A DNA stretch of 64,000 nt from Octopus vulgaris (taxonomy: Eukaryota). Position 1 is the stretch's first letter, and every line of letters begins with the position of its first letter. The position numbers were made by a program, and so were the translations under genes. Where the stretch lies: the NCBI GenBank assembly GCA_951406725.2, contig OX597820.1, positions 744,001-808,000 of the forward strand. Reading direction: 5' to 3'. The notes below the pieces were generated by a model. It made no database searches. It was given only the letters and a program-made list of their open reading frames with translations, and had not been told where the DNA came from. Shown piece by piece: positions 26,390 through 39,117 of the stretch.

Positions 26390-27232
26390 CAGAGGGTGCA
26401 GTGAAAATATTGTTGTCTAAGTTACACAAAAATGAAAATAACACTGGCATCTCATTTTAACAGATATATTTACCAAAATTACATAAAAATATCTTGAAAT
26501 ACGAAAAAGTAAATTTATTCAATAAAATCACCATTGGCTTCAACCATGGCCTCCAGACGACTTCAGACTCTCCTGCAACTCTTCTGGACGGTCTCCTTGT
26601 TTAAGTTGGTGAATGCTGCCATAATCTTTGCCTTCAGTTCATCTTTGGTGTTACAAGGAGTTTTGCTGGTCTCTTGCTCAACTGTGCTCCACACATAATA
26701 ATCAAGGGGTCTGTAGTTTGGGGAGTTAGGTGGCCAGATGTTAGGGGTGATGTGGTTGCAGAAATTGTCTGACAGTTGTGACTGAGTTCTCCTGCTTGTG
26801 TGACATGAGGCAGAGTCCTGTTGCTAGATACAGGGTCTTCCAGCAGCCGCCCTCTAAACCCAGGGCAGCACTACCTCTTTTAGGCACTTGATGTAGGCCT
26901 CTGTGTCAAGTCTGAGGCCACATGGGAAAATGAATGGAGGCATAATGTCACCATCACCAGTGATCACTCTAAACACCATGATGTTGATTGGATGTTTGAT
27001 TTTTATCACTCTCGGTACATGTCCTCAGATTGACACCCAGACACTCTGAAATGTTCGTATTGGAGCTTCCAGCGTAAATGTTGTTTCCAAATTTCTGGCA
27101 GAGTGAATCACGTCATGGTGCTGTTTTCTTGCAGATGGTGCCCAACTGACCCTACCATACTGTGTAGTCGACAAAATCAAAAAATGCACATGTACAAAAT
27201 TAAAAGTATAAAATTTACCCATTGCACCCTGT
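26390..27232 (-). mobile_element. Degenerate Tc1/mariner-superfamily (maT/DD37D-like) transposon remnant
   Basis: Ends cagagggtgca / tgcaccctg|ta; minus strand gives WPPNSP..PLDYYVW...TKDELKAKI...RLEAMVEANGDFIE*. Confidence 0.75.
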
Positions 27233-27495
27233 ATATATACCAAGTTAAATAAGTATCATTACCATTATTATTATTAATAATAATAAAGTGGGTAGCAAGT
27301 TTACACCTTTATAGGTAAAATATAAACAACAAAATTCAGTAGAGTATTAAAATACCACTTGCTATAGACAGAGCTATCGCTCTAAAACCACATATAAATA
27401 TATTATTGTAAATATGAGGCTAATAAGTAAAAATAATTTCTTACCACTGGTTAGCATAATAAATAAGTCATAAGACATTTTTTAAAATCTCAGAG

Positions 27496-27735
27496 TGTAT
27501 AAAATATTTTTATACATGAAGAGGAGACCATTGACAGGACTCCTTAGATGCTAAAAAGGCCAGTTAAAACCCAGACCACTGAAAAGAGAATTCATGAGGC
27601 ACACCGTCCGTTCTAGTGTTATAACGGTGTGCCTCATGAATTCTCTTTTCAGTGGTCTGGGTTTTAACTGGCCTTTTTAGCATCTAAGGAGTCCTGTCAA
27701 TGGTCTCCTCTTTGCGTATAAAAATATTTTATACA
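27496..27735. repeat. Near-perfect hairpin, ~112-bp arms, 16-nt loop
   Basis: 27496-27607 is the reverse complement of 27624-27735 with only a few mismatches. Confidence 0.92.
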
Positions 27736-29416
27736 GTTTTATATAACTATATATATTTATTTATACTTGGCCTGAAGGTTGCAGTGGTGTGAAACTTGAG
27801 TCACAAAACAACCAAAAAACTATATATGCCTGGTTTTTCAACTGTGAAGTACTCTTAGCAAGTGTCTTCTACTATAACCATAGACTAACCAAAACCCTTT
27901 TAGTGGAACTGGTAGATGAAAAGTGCTGAGTATGTGTGTGTCTATGCATTGTGAAGTTGTAATTTCTATTTCTTCACTTCCAAGGCCTTGGTCAGCCCAG
28001 AGCTGTAAGAGATGTCATGCTGTGAGGCTGAACTTGACACACAAGTTTATCCTGGGTATATAATAGGAATGTATTGTGGTGTGCTTTTCATTTGCTATAA
28101 TTACATTAAGAAAAGAATATTAACTTTTCATTTTACTCAGTATAATGTATAATTTAACAAAAAAGAGCTTCTTTCACTTGATTAACGTTATACCAAAATT
28201 CACTTTTTGTCAGACGTAGATCTGAATTCCTGATGTTTGCCAAGGATATTGTCAAGCAGCCTTCACTGTCAAACACATTACAATATCATTAATCCTTTCA
28301 TAGTATTTCTCATGCTGTTTTCTACAGCTTTCCTGTTGCTATTTTGAAAACAACCAAGAAATTGTGTTTAGTAAAATGATTAACTTCTACATTTATTTCT
28401 ATATTATTAAATTGCTGTATGAAGCATAACTTTAAATGTTCTTACATAAAATTGTTATGGAAGGTTTTGATTTAAATATGAATGTTTTAAAACTGGAAGT
28501 TTTACATCACAGAACTTGAGGCAGTCTCTGTATCAAAACGGTCAAAATATATTGTGCTCTCAAAATGATGAACGTAGTTTACATCTGTTCATTTATGACT
28601 CCAGAAAACCCAGCAATTTCATCAGCAAAAAGTTTATTCTGTCCTCAGTTTTAATACATGTGGTCCATGAACCAATAAGGGATCTTTTATGGGGTTGCTC
28701 AACTTGCTAGTAATACCAGACAAATCTCTGAAATGATAATCATCTTTAAAAAAGAGAAGGAAGGACATATTGGATAATGAAGTAGTCTGAGACAAATTAA
28801 TGTCTACTAATGAGTTGGTCACAGCTTGAACATGTTTGATTATATGTCTGACCGAGCAAGGATTGAATTGAGAACAACAGCAACCACAACACCTGGTCCA
28901 CTTTACATGTTAGCCTCTGTTTATGTTGACTAATAAATAACTTTTTTTAAAATTTGATGCTAAAGTAAGTTCACATTTGCATTCAGATACCTTTTGCTAT
29001 TGTAGGGTCCATTTGGTTCTTTGATATTTAAACTAAAATTGTGTCTATTGATCTCAAGTGTTTCGTTTTCTACATTTTCCTATCACTGTTGTGTCCCCAT
29101 TTTACTCCTCATACAGATGACACCCTTGAATTTGATCACTGAATTTAGGAATTCAATTTCAAAACCTGTTTTCATGATAGAATCAGCATTTTTTTGGTAT
29201 GCCCCCCTCCCCCCCCCTATCCCACCAGCTGTCACTGCCCTGAAAGGGTCTGTGCACCCAAGAATCTCCCCCAGAATAATCTCTTTCACCCTCTCCCCCT
29301 TCCTCTTTCTATAGTCTACTGTAAACTCATGAAAAGCCATGTTGCTACACCAGATGGTTTTTGTTTTATGTACATATGTATGTCTGATAAATACACACAC
29401 ACACACACACACATAA

Positions 29417-29456
<40 letters not shown>

Positions 29457-29814
29457 TTATGCTTGCACACGCACATACTCACACACACATACATATATAT
29501 ATATAGTGATTCAAGAGTCCATTTAGCAGTAATGTAAACTTGCTAACAACAGAAATTGGTTTATGTGTCTTGTGTTTCCCTCCATCACTCACCCACTTTC
29601 CTTCTCTGTATGTCTCAGGGTTTCCAGAAAGCTAGTCTCATACTGTCAACCACAAGACCACTCAATAAGTTAAATTAGATATTCTTGGGCAGTTGAACAG
29701 GATGACTGTCACAGCATACCATTTGGGGGACGATAAATGTTGCCTGACCTTTTGAGAAGGACATTTTTGTTCTAAAAGGTATAAACATATATATATATAC
29801 ACACACACACACAC

Positions 29815-29980
29815 TTATTTGTGGGTTAACAAGGTTACCATTGGTTTCATGCTTATCAAGCCTGCCAATTATCAAGCCTGCCAAATGGAAACAAATACCA
29901 ATGTCCTAATGTGGCAGGTTTGATAATTGCTTAGAATTCTCAGCATGAAACTAATGGTGACCTTGTTAACCCACAAATAA
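29815..29980. repeat. Small MITE-like fold-back
   Basis: ttatttgtgggttaacaaggttaccattggtttcatgct / agcatgaaactaatggtgaccttgttaacccacaaataa, plus inner ttatcaagcctgcca / tggcaggtttgataa. Confidence 0.8.
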
Positions 29981-30365
29981 TAACTTCTTATCCACCAAGG
30001 TGGTGTTGAGCGCTCATTCACACTGTTCAATATTACTGTATGTATGTATGTATGTATGTGTGTGTGTGTGTGTGTGTGTGTATTCACGCACACACGGCAC
30101 TATACTGTTGTTGGTAGGATCAACACAAAAGTACTCTGTCCAGTGAGAGATAATATTTAATAAGCCCAAGATTTATACATGACCTACTACAAGATTCATG
30201 CTCAGTAATACAATTATAAGACAAGCTTGTATAGCAGCAGGCTGGTAATCTGCAATCATTCAGGAGACTGGAGTTTTACTGTATTATTCGAACATAAAAT
30301 TAGTGGTTTACATTTAAATCCTGTGTTTATTAAGTGATTTGTGTGTATGTATGTATGTATGTATG

Positions 30366-30404
<39 letters not shown>

Positions 30405-30504
30405 ATAAAAATGGTAAGATAACAAAAGAAAGAAAGAGACCTCAATGTTATGTAAATAAGGGAATTTATCTGTAAATGTAATATGTGACAATTATTCGGT
30501 AGCC

Positions 30505-30569
30505 AAGATAAAACTCTGAGTTTCGGATGCCAAGGTGGAAATCCATGCCACCATCTCTTCAGTTATCCT
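30505..30569 (-). ncRNA. Type I hammerhead ribozyme-like motif in a ~180-bp element (30402-30579) inside (TA)n
   Basis: Minus strand AGGAUAA-CUGAAGA-GAUGGUGG...CCAC..CAUCC-GAAACUCAGAGUU-UUAUCUU: helices I, II and III can all pair; one extra C before GAAA. Confidence 0.55.
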
Positions 30570-30576
30570 GCCATCG

Positions 30577-30627
<51 letters not shown>

Positions 30628-31235
30628 CCACAAAATATTCTGAACAAAACCGCAAAAACTATATAAAACAAATTTGTAACAATATCATTTAAATGCTTAA
30701 GGGACATATGAATCACCCTATATGTGTATTTTCATGTGTGTGTGTGTGTGTATATATATGACTAGATGCATTTCTATATGTGTGTGTATGTATATATGTA
30801 TACACACCAAACAACTTGCCTTTTGTATCTCTTGTTTTGTTTGACACTTCATGAGAATGTAAAATAACAGTTGTATCTTTTTTTCTTTCGTTTCAGAAGT
30901 CACAAAAAAGTTTTTTAAAAAAAAGTTTTTTAAAAAGATGAACTTTGCTGGTGCTTTAGTCGCAGAGCTGTTTGGAAGATGTTTCTCATGGTTTCCATGA
31001 GGACCATTTTATATGAAATTTCTTCTTCATCATCTCCATCTTGTTGCTACTACTACTACTACTACTACCACCATCACTGCTGCTACTACTGCTCTTGTTT
31101 TTGTTGTTGTGTTCATTTCTCACCTTCCTTTATATATTTCATCTTTGGCAAATCATATCTAAATGAACTTCACTCACACACACTCTTTCTCTCTACCTCT
31201 CTCTCTCTATACACTCACACACACATATATATTCA

Positions 31236-31284
<49 letters not shown>

Positions 31285-34200
31285 ATATAATACACTCTAC
31301 AAATTTTCATAAACAAACAGATTTCTTGCTGTCTCTTTTTCACATCATACACACACACACACTCGCTCATTCAATCATTTGTATGTATATACAATGTATA
31401 TATATGTATATGACCAAACACCTTATTTTCAGTTGAGCTCTGGGAATCAGGAGCAGATATCAAAGATGGCTGTTCATATTTTTCTCTCTTATAGCTATAA
31501 GCATCTTAGAAAACATCCTCACCCTGTTCACTTGTATTTTCTTAAGTCAATGATTCTACCTCATTATTAATAACAATTAGCCATGCAATTTCAAAAATTC
31601 AATAAAGTAGCAATTTTGTAAAGAAAGAAAAAATAGTAATAGAGAAACTGTAACTTAATTGCTTTAAAAGTATTAATGTATGTGATTTTTTTTCTTCTTC
31701 TCATTAACCTTCTGTTAAAAAAAAAATGTGAAATAATTTTGCCTTCTGCAAAATTTTACTTGTTTTAAGTAGCTCTAGGTCAGATTTATTTCTAAGATAT
31801 TTGTGTGGGTAGTTGCAGTTTCAGCCTCCTTATAAATCTTTGCAGTTAAACAAATTGTGGCTGCTGTATAGTTTTTGATAGCTTTTGCTGTTTTGTAATT
31901 ATTTTCTTAGTTTTCATTTGTTTTTCTTTCATCCGCCAGTTGGATGGTTTGGGAAACAATGCAGTCTGTATATAAATTCTTGAGGCAATTTGCTTTACAT
32001 GTTTTTGCTACTACAAGCTAAAATTGGTAACACCAACCATAAATATAGTGTTGACTCATAGATTTAGCCCAGATGGCTGAGATATGTGTTGTCTTGCTTG
32101 AGAATAACATGCAGTACATTCGGCTATTTAAACATATCTTTCAGTGGCTAAAATTGGTCTGTATTACATGAGAAGTCCATCAGGACACTAGAACTAGACT
32201 ATGTATTAGTTTTCTGTTACTTAATTTCCACTTTATCATTTTTCTGACCCCTTTCCTTGTAAGCTAAAAACTATGACATTTTTTTATCAACATTTTCTAT
32301 TAATGGCCAAATATATTTTATGTCATCGTCATCATTGTTTTACGTCCGCTTTCCATGGGTTGGACAATTTGACTGAGGACTGGTGAACCAGATGGCTGCA
32401 CCAGGCTCCAATCTGATATGGCAGAGTTTCTACAGCTGGATGCCCTTTGAAGTTGCTGCTTCCATAGACTGGTGCCGAACACCCTTACAATTACCAATCA
32501 ATTTAGCATGTACAGGATGTATTTTCTCATGGCACTAACACTAGAGAGGCTGAATTACCCTCAGCAGGACAGGACCACAGACCTCACAACACTAAACTAC
32601 ATTAGAGAGATGGTCTCCCTTGCCATTCACCTTTGATGAGGGGATGTGATGACAAGGGAAGGGAGAAGAGAACATAGTTGTACAGTTATGAAGTTTGTTT
32701 TGCAGCTGTGTGCTTTCAGATTTGGCCCAACTGCATGGTGTGTTAGGCAACTATCTTCCTCTGTACCTTCAAGCTGCATAATATTTTGCAAAGGGAAATT
32801 GATGGGCAGAACCCAAGAGAAGCCCATTGTGTGTGTGACTATTGTTTTCCACGTGTCCTCATCACTCCATTTCAGTGAAAATGGTGACATCCTCTAGTAC
32901 ACTAAAAGTTCCATAGTTTCAGCAACTTTGTTGGTTTTAGTGTCTTTGGGATGAAAATACCTAACTTGAAAAATAGATGAAGGTTGGTAGCAGCAAGAAT
33001 CGCTATACACAACATACCAGCTTCTTTCTTCATCAAGGTCTCAGAATACAGCATTTTATATCTAAGTATATTTGGTTAAAGAACAGTATCAATAACAACA
33101 TACTTAGAACCAGTCAAGCTTAGAGTGCAGGCATGGAACTATCTTTATCCAGTTGAGAAATATAACAGACAATATAAGGCAAATGTAGTGAACTTTAGCA
33201 ACATGACCAAACAATTCTTTAATACTCTTGGAATTTTACAAATATGATAGTTGTTTGAGGATTGCATATATTAGAAAGTCTGTAATGAGTTTCAAATATT
33301 TCAATGTGTGTGTGGTTTTACTTTTTACTAAATATATATATATATATATATGGTCCAACTCATGCCAGCATAGAAAACGGATGTTAAATGATGATGAATT
33401 GAGCTAGTTTCTAGTCATGGTTTAATATTGCTTAATCACATAATCAGATATATATTTACCAATAATCTGTCTATCAAATTGTAATGTATATTTTGGTGGA
33501 TTTCTTTGCATTATTTAATTAAATCATTCTTAGATTAAGTTTTTTTTTCCCACAACCTTGACTTTATTTTCCAGAGATAATTAACATTTAATTCTTGGTA
33601 GAAGTGTATTTTTATAATTTTTAAATCCTTCACTAATTGCTTCCTTTGAGTGATATTTGTATATCTTGGAATATGGAAAGTCTGTTTAAATATTTGGTGC
33701 TGTGTTATTTTAAGCAATTAGTTTGAAGACAACAATGTGACCAGCATCTTTGGGTAGCATCTTCTGGAGTTCTGCTTAAATTTACTATTGATGCACCCGA
33801 CAGCATTTTTGATGCGAGATGTAGAATGTGATAGGTTAACTTTAGATTATCTGACTGTTAAAAAAATGTCCTCATAGTTATTTACTTTCAGATGTTAACA
33901 TAACGAAAGTTATTCTTTGGAAATAGTATTGAGATTTTATTGAATTCCTATTCAAATAATGAGTTTCAATTGTGATTTTAAAAAAAAGGTGGAATATGGG
34001 GTCTGGTTTAAAAGAATTCAATGAAAATATGGAATAAAAGAAAATGTAACAAAAATAATTTTGCAATTTATAATGTTATAAAATGTCTACATTTTGAATA
34101 TAGCAGACAACATATAAATTTAGTTTGAATGTGGATCAATACAAGTTTATTATTATTTTTATTCCTCTTGATACTGTGGGCAACATATAAGAGATGTAGC

Positions 34201-35390
34201 ATAAAAATGTGTCAGTAGAGGGGTTTATTAATAATATTGTTGAATATGTTTGTAAGGGTAATGTAAAAGAACTGCCATTGGCTTAGATTGTTTCCTATGA
34301 TTAAAATAACAGGTCTTATTTTTATATAGTTGATGTCAAAAGAAGCCACATAGAATTCAGATCTCTAAAATGTTAATTATTAATTATTTGAGCTGTCTAA
34401 TTGTTTTACATGATCAAACTGGAAAAATTAATGTTGTTCAGTAAATGTGTGAACACAAAGCTTTGTTAGGTGAGTGAAAACTACAGATAAATACCAAAGA
34501 AAAATTCTGTACCAATATTTAGCTTTCTTTTCTTCCAGTTTTTATGAATTTGAGTGTTTCTAATTATTACTGGGTTGTTTGTGGGTTTGCATTAAACTGT
34601 TGTCACAATGAAATGAAGAATGTTGAGTTACATTTGAAAATTGTTAACATTTAAGATAATTAGTTCAGTTAATAAACTGCCATGTAATGTTAATCCATTA
34701 GACGTCCACACAAACCTAAATACGTCAGAGAGAGGAAGAAAAAGAACTGAAAGGACCGTGTTGCTACATGCCTTTGTAGTTTAGTCTTTTATGAATATTG
34801 TTTTGCGTTAAAAAGAAACTGTTACAATTGTTTTTAAAAACTGCAATATTCTACGAGTGTGAGTCTATAAGTATGGATTGTTTCTATGTGTGTGTGTGTG
34901 TGTGTGCACATGCATTATTGTTCGTGTTTGTGTAAGTGACTTTGATTTTTCTGTTCCACTTTTTCCTTTGTTGGTGTATTTAACGAAATTCAATGATCAC
35001 ACAATGCTATCTGTATTGGGTTATATGAATGAAGAGTTTCTTTTGAGAACTATAGTTGCATTCTTTTATTACACATGCAAACAATTATGTGGTGGGTGTG
35101 TGTGTGTCTACATGTCTGTCTGTCTGTCTGTCTGTGTGTATGTGTAAAATATTTATTAAAAAAAAAAAATCACAAAAGTATTTTTATCACCACCAACAAA
35201 AAGAATGAATTTCAAAATCCATTTACTGACAAATATGTCATAAAAAGAGGAATAAAAAATGGGTAAATTATTCCATTAGATTAAAATATTTGGTCGGCCC
35301 ATCACCTGCTGAAATTCATCTGTTTCTTTTTTTTTTCTTTCCTTTTTGCATTTGCTGTTTTGCTGTGGGGGCCCTTCATTGTGCATCCAG

Positions 35391-35775
35391 AACATACAAA
35401 CGCTACTTCTATTGTAACAACACCACGGGCCATTCGCAATGGGACTATCCGGAGCAGCCAACCAAAGAAGAGTTGAATGGCATGTCGGAATCCATGCAGC
35501 AGTCGTTGACGTTAGCCCTGTCCAGTACACCACCGCCACCTCCACCAACGCCACCACCAACTCCATCACCATCAATGCCGTCATCATCATCATCATCCAC
35601 ATCATCAGCAACAACAACAACAACAACAACAGTGACCTCCCCTGTACATGAATCTACCAAGACAGCTTCTCCAATTAGGTCAACATCATCAGAAAAGAAA
35701 ATAAACTATTGCCAGGAATCTGGGGAAATCACTAAATGTTCTGACAATTTCAAAAAGGAGAAGAAGAATCGAAAG
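35391..35775 (+). CDS. FNBP4: FNBP4-like exon: second half of WW2 plus Pro-rich tract
   Basis: catccag acceptor completes AG|A (Arg); TYKRYFYCNNTTGHSQWDYP completes WW2; poly-Pro/Ser/Thr follows; AAG|gtgagt donor. Confidence 0.9.
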
Positions 35776-36571
35776 GTGAGTTAGTGTTTTCTCTGTGTAC
35801 ATATGCTTATGTGTGTGTGTATTAACACTGTAAGTACTTTGTTTGTATGTGTACTTTTATTTGTATGTTTGTATGTATATATATATCTACACACACACAC
35901 ATACATGCATGTATGATTTATATTTTTCATTTTTCGTTTAATCCTTTCGTATTCAAATTCTTCTGTCAAATGTAATGTTTATTTATTCCCATCCTTTTGG
36001 ATCCCTCGTGCATTATCTCATAGTTCTCAGGTTTCAATGGTGTGACTGTTTATTTTAGAATGACATTGTAGGGTAGGCGTGAGAAGCTGGATCTGGCCAA
36101 TTTGAACATAAAACAAGTAGAATATTTGGATTGGCTATGACGGTTTAAATGCTAAAGGATTATTGATAAATGACTCTTACTGGATTACTAAAGGGACCTC
36201 ACAACTGCACGGGTCAGCCTCTTTTGAGTGAGAGGCATGAATGATAGTAATAAGCGATAAGAGAGATATGTGAAAGGGGAGTGGAGCCTGAGTGTATTCG
36301 CTTATGTATAGTGAAGACAATAGGGCAGTGTGACCTGGGAATGACAGGTTGGGTGAGAGCAAAAGAGCCAATGTATTGATGGCAGATGGGCTGAGATAAA
36401 GTAATGATAAGCAGTAGAGAAAGGGAGGTTGAACATGGAGGATATTGGACTTAAGTGGCGCAAATGAGCCAGTGTAGTCTGATGGCAGTGAATGGGACAA
36501 GCTGTAGAGGCAGGAAAAGTGAGGGTCCAAAGAAGGAAGAACGGTAGAGTGTGAGACGAGTAAATGACAGT

Positions 36572-37011
36572 TCTATATTTAAGAGATGAGCAATTATTTA
36601 CATTTGATGGATATTTGTCCTCATCTCGTTTGTTGTTAACACAATGTTTCGGCTGATATACCCTCCAGCCTTTATCAAGTGTCTTGGGGGGAATTTCGAA
36701 CCTGGGTTCTCATTCCTAAGGTATTTTTCAGTGTTGTTGTTATTATTCAGGTCACTGCCTGGAATCAAACTCGGAATCTTGGGGTTAGTAGCCTGTGCTA
36801 TTAACCACTACGCCATATACCATGGGCGTAGTGGTTAAGAGTGCGGACTACTAACCCCAACGTTCAGAGTTTGATTCCAGGCAATAATAATAATAACATT
36901 GAAAAATTTGAAATTCCCCCCAAGACACCTGATGAAGGCTGGAGGGTATATCAGCCGAAACATTGTGTTAACAACAAACAAGATGAGGACAAATATCCAT
37001 CAAATGTAAAT
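36572..37011. mobile_element. Head-to-head dimer of tRNA-headed, hammerhead-containing short elements within one TSD
   Basis: Minus copy 36572-36818, plus copy 36823-37011; A box GGCGTAGTGG, B box GTTTGATTCC; GAGTAAATGACAGT duplicated at 36558-36571 and 37015-37028. Confidence 0.85.
36924..36969 (+). ncRNA. Minimal hammerhead ribozyme-like motif
   Basis: GACAC-CUGAUGA-A-GGCUG(10 nt)CAGCC-GAAACAUU-GUGUU; helix I GACAC/GUGUU, helix II GGCUG/CAGCC. Confidence 0.6.
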
Positions 37012-37684
37012 GATGAGTAAATGACAGTCTGTAGAAGCAGGAGGAGTGAAGATGGTGTACTTGACCCAACTGGTTTACTATAGTCTCCTATCCATAAATT
37101 TTGAGATGCACTGGAAGGTGAAGTGATGAGATGTGATGGTAGCAAGAGTAGAAAATAGCCGGCTGTTGTATCAGTGAATTGTACAAATGATGAGGTAGTG
37201 GTGAGTGGGAAAGATAAATGTGACAAGGAAATGACTTATAGGGAGTGGGGGGGGTGCACTGATAGTAGACTTAATGGTACATATATCCACATCATTATTG
37301 AACTTTTGTGACTTTTCTTCATCCACCATGTTTGTACTGCTGGTTGTGTTTCCTGTGGTTGGATCCTTCTCCTCCAGCTCTGCAAATCACCGGCTGTCAG
37401 CACAGTTTTGTTGTCATCGTTTCCATTAGATGCAACACCTTGAGATTAGTTTTCATCTCCAGTCCATCTTGGTTTCCTTTCCTGACTTTGGCACTTCTTT
37501 AATATGGCTGTCATCTTTAGCCAGACATGTTTCTGCAGAATACTGGAAATGAATGATACAGTTTGTATGACAGACACTCTATTACAATTCTCTTGAAAAC
37601 AAGACATTTGTACTACAGAGCCAGAAGCAGTTTCAGCCAGGATGGTATCAAAAGGGTTAAGAATTGTTTCTCTATATATTTTAA

Positions 37685-37906
37685 CCCTTTTGTTACCATA
37701 TTTCTGTTGAGATGCTCTTATGTTTCTTTCAATTACTTTAAATATAACAAAGAATTTAGTAAAATGACTTCGTTATCATTCAGCTAGTGTTAGGAGCATA
37801 AATTGTGACTAAGTTTTGATGGAAGATTTTGAGGCAGAACTTTTGAAAACAAGACATTTGTACTACAGAGCCAGGGGCAGTTTCAGCCAGGTTGGTATCC
37901 AAATGG
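37685..37906. mobile_element. piggyBac-type MITE (partial extra copy at about 37590-37660)
   Basis: TTAA|CCCTTT...AAATGG|TTAA; reverse complement of the MITE at 53071-53284. Confidence 0.75.
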
Positions 37907-38729
37907 TTAAACAAAAGTCTATCAATATGTCAGACACCATTAATTCTTTACATGTTAATGTAAAGCTAATTAAAATTGGAAGTGGTTTGTAGGAATGTAA
38001 CAGCATTTACTTTGAGGCCATGTCTAAAATATATGTATGAACATATAGGCAATGGATCAAATCCTTCCACAAACCTTGAGAAGCAACTGGAAATTTCTAA
38101 AGTCATTTTATGCTTCACCACTATTGTCTGAGAATGCCAAAAGTTTCCAACAATTTCATTTTCCTAGTTCTATAAATCTGAAATGTACTTATATAAGAAA
38201 TCAATGTTGGCATTAGGAAGGGCATCCAGCCATAGAAACCATGCCAAATCAGATTGGAACTAGGTGCAGCTCCTCAGCTTACCAATTTTCTGTTAAACTG
38301 TCCGACCCATGCCAGCATGGAGAACGGATGTTAAATGATGATGATTATGATGAATCTAGTGTAATTATAATCATTACATAATACTATGGCAGGTTTTTCA
38401 ATATTTTTATCAATTTCTTTTAAAAGTTTAAACTCATTTTTCTCCCAACTATAAATTGTTTGAACAAATCTCAGAAAATGCTTGCTAATTTTTCAGTTGT
38501 GGAGTAAAGTGGAATGTGTTTTCCAACAAAAGTCAAAGCAAATTGTAATTTTCTTTACTAAGGAATGCAATCCATTGATATTTGAACCAAAAAGGGTCTC
38601 CAGTGGTACTGCTCAACCTGCTAAATATAGCTGTCGAATTTCCCTTAAATCAGTGTTTCTCAACCATTCTTTATCTATGGACCCCTTTGATTACTATTTT
38701 ACTAAATCAAATGGAAATTGTAGTTGTGA

Positions 38730-38983
38730 TACCTGTGCCTGTGGCACGTAAAAAGCACCATCTGTACGTGGCCGATGCCAGCCTCCCCTGGCACCTGTGC
38801 TGGTGGCACGTAAAAAGTACTCACTACACTCAAGGAGTAGTTGGCGTTAGGAAGGGCATCCAGCTGTAGAAACACTGCCAGATCAGACTGGAGCCTGGTG
38901 CAGCCTCCTGACTTCCCAGACCCTGGTCAAACCGTCCAACCCGTGCTAGCATGGAAAACGGACGTTAAACGATGATGATGATG
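38730..38983 (+). mobile_element. RTE-type 3'-end repeat
   Basis: Nearly the same sequence as 5410-5738 with (gat)n tail. Confidence 0.7.
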
Positions 38984-39056
38984 CAATGCCAAAACAAGGA
39001 GACAGCATGCACACACACACATTCACATGTCATACAAATACCTTTTTGTTTTTCAG

Positions 39057-39117
39057 TTGGACAAAATTGCCTCAAAAAGTTCCAAAACTGGCAGCACATT
39101 GGACAAATCTCACTTAG
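39057..39117 (+). CDS. FNBP4: FNBP4-like small exon
   Basis: tttttgtttttcag acceptor, G|gtaagt donor; 61 nt supplies the phase 0 to 1 change required between the neighbouring exons. Confidence 0.78.

Noticed and set aside
36823-36895. tRNA gene
   Set aside because: A/B boxes are present but there is no complete cloverleaf; it is the head of a repeated SINE-like element
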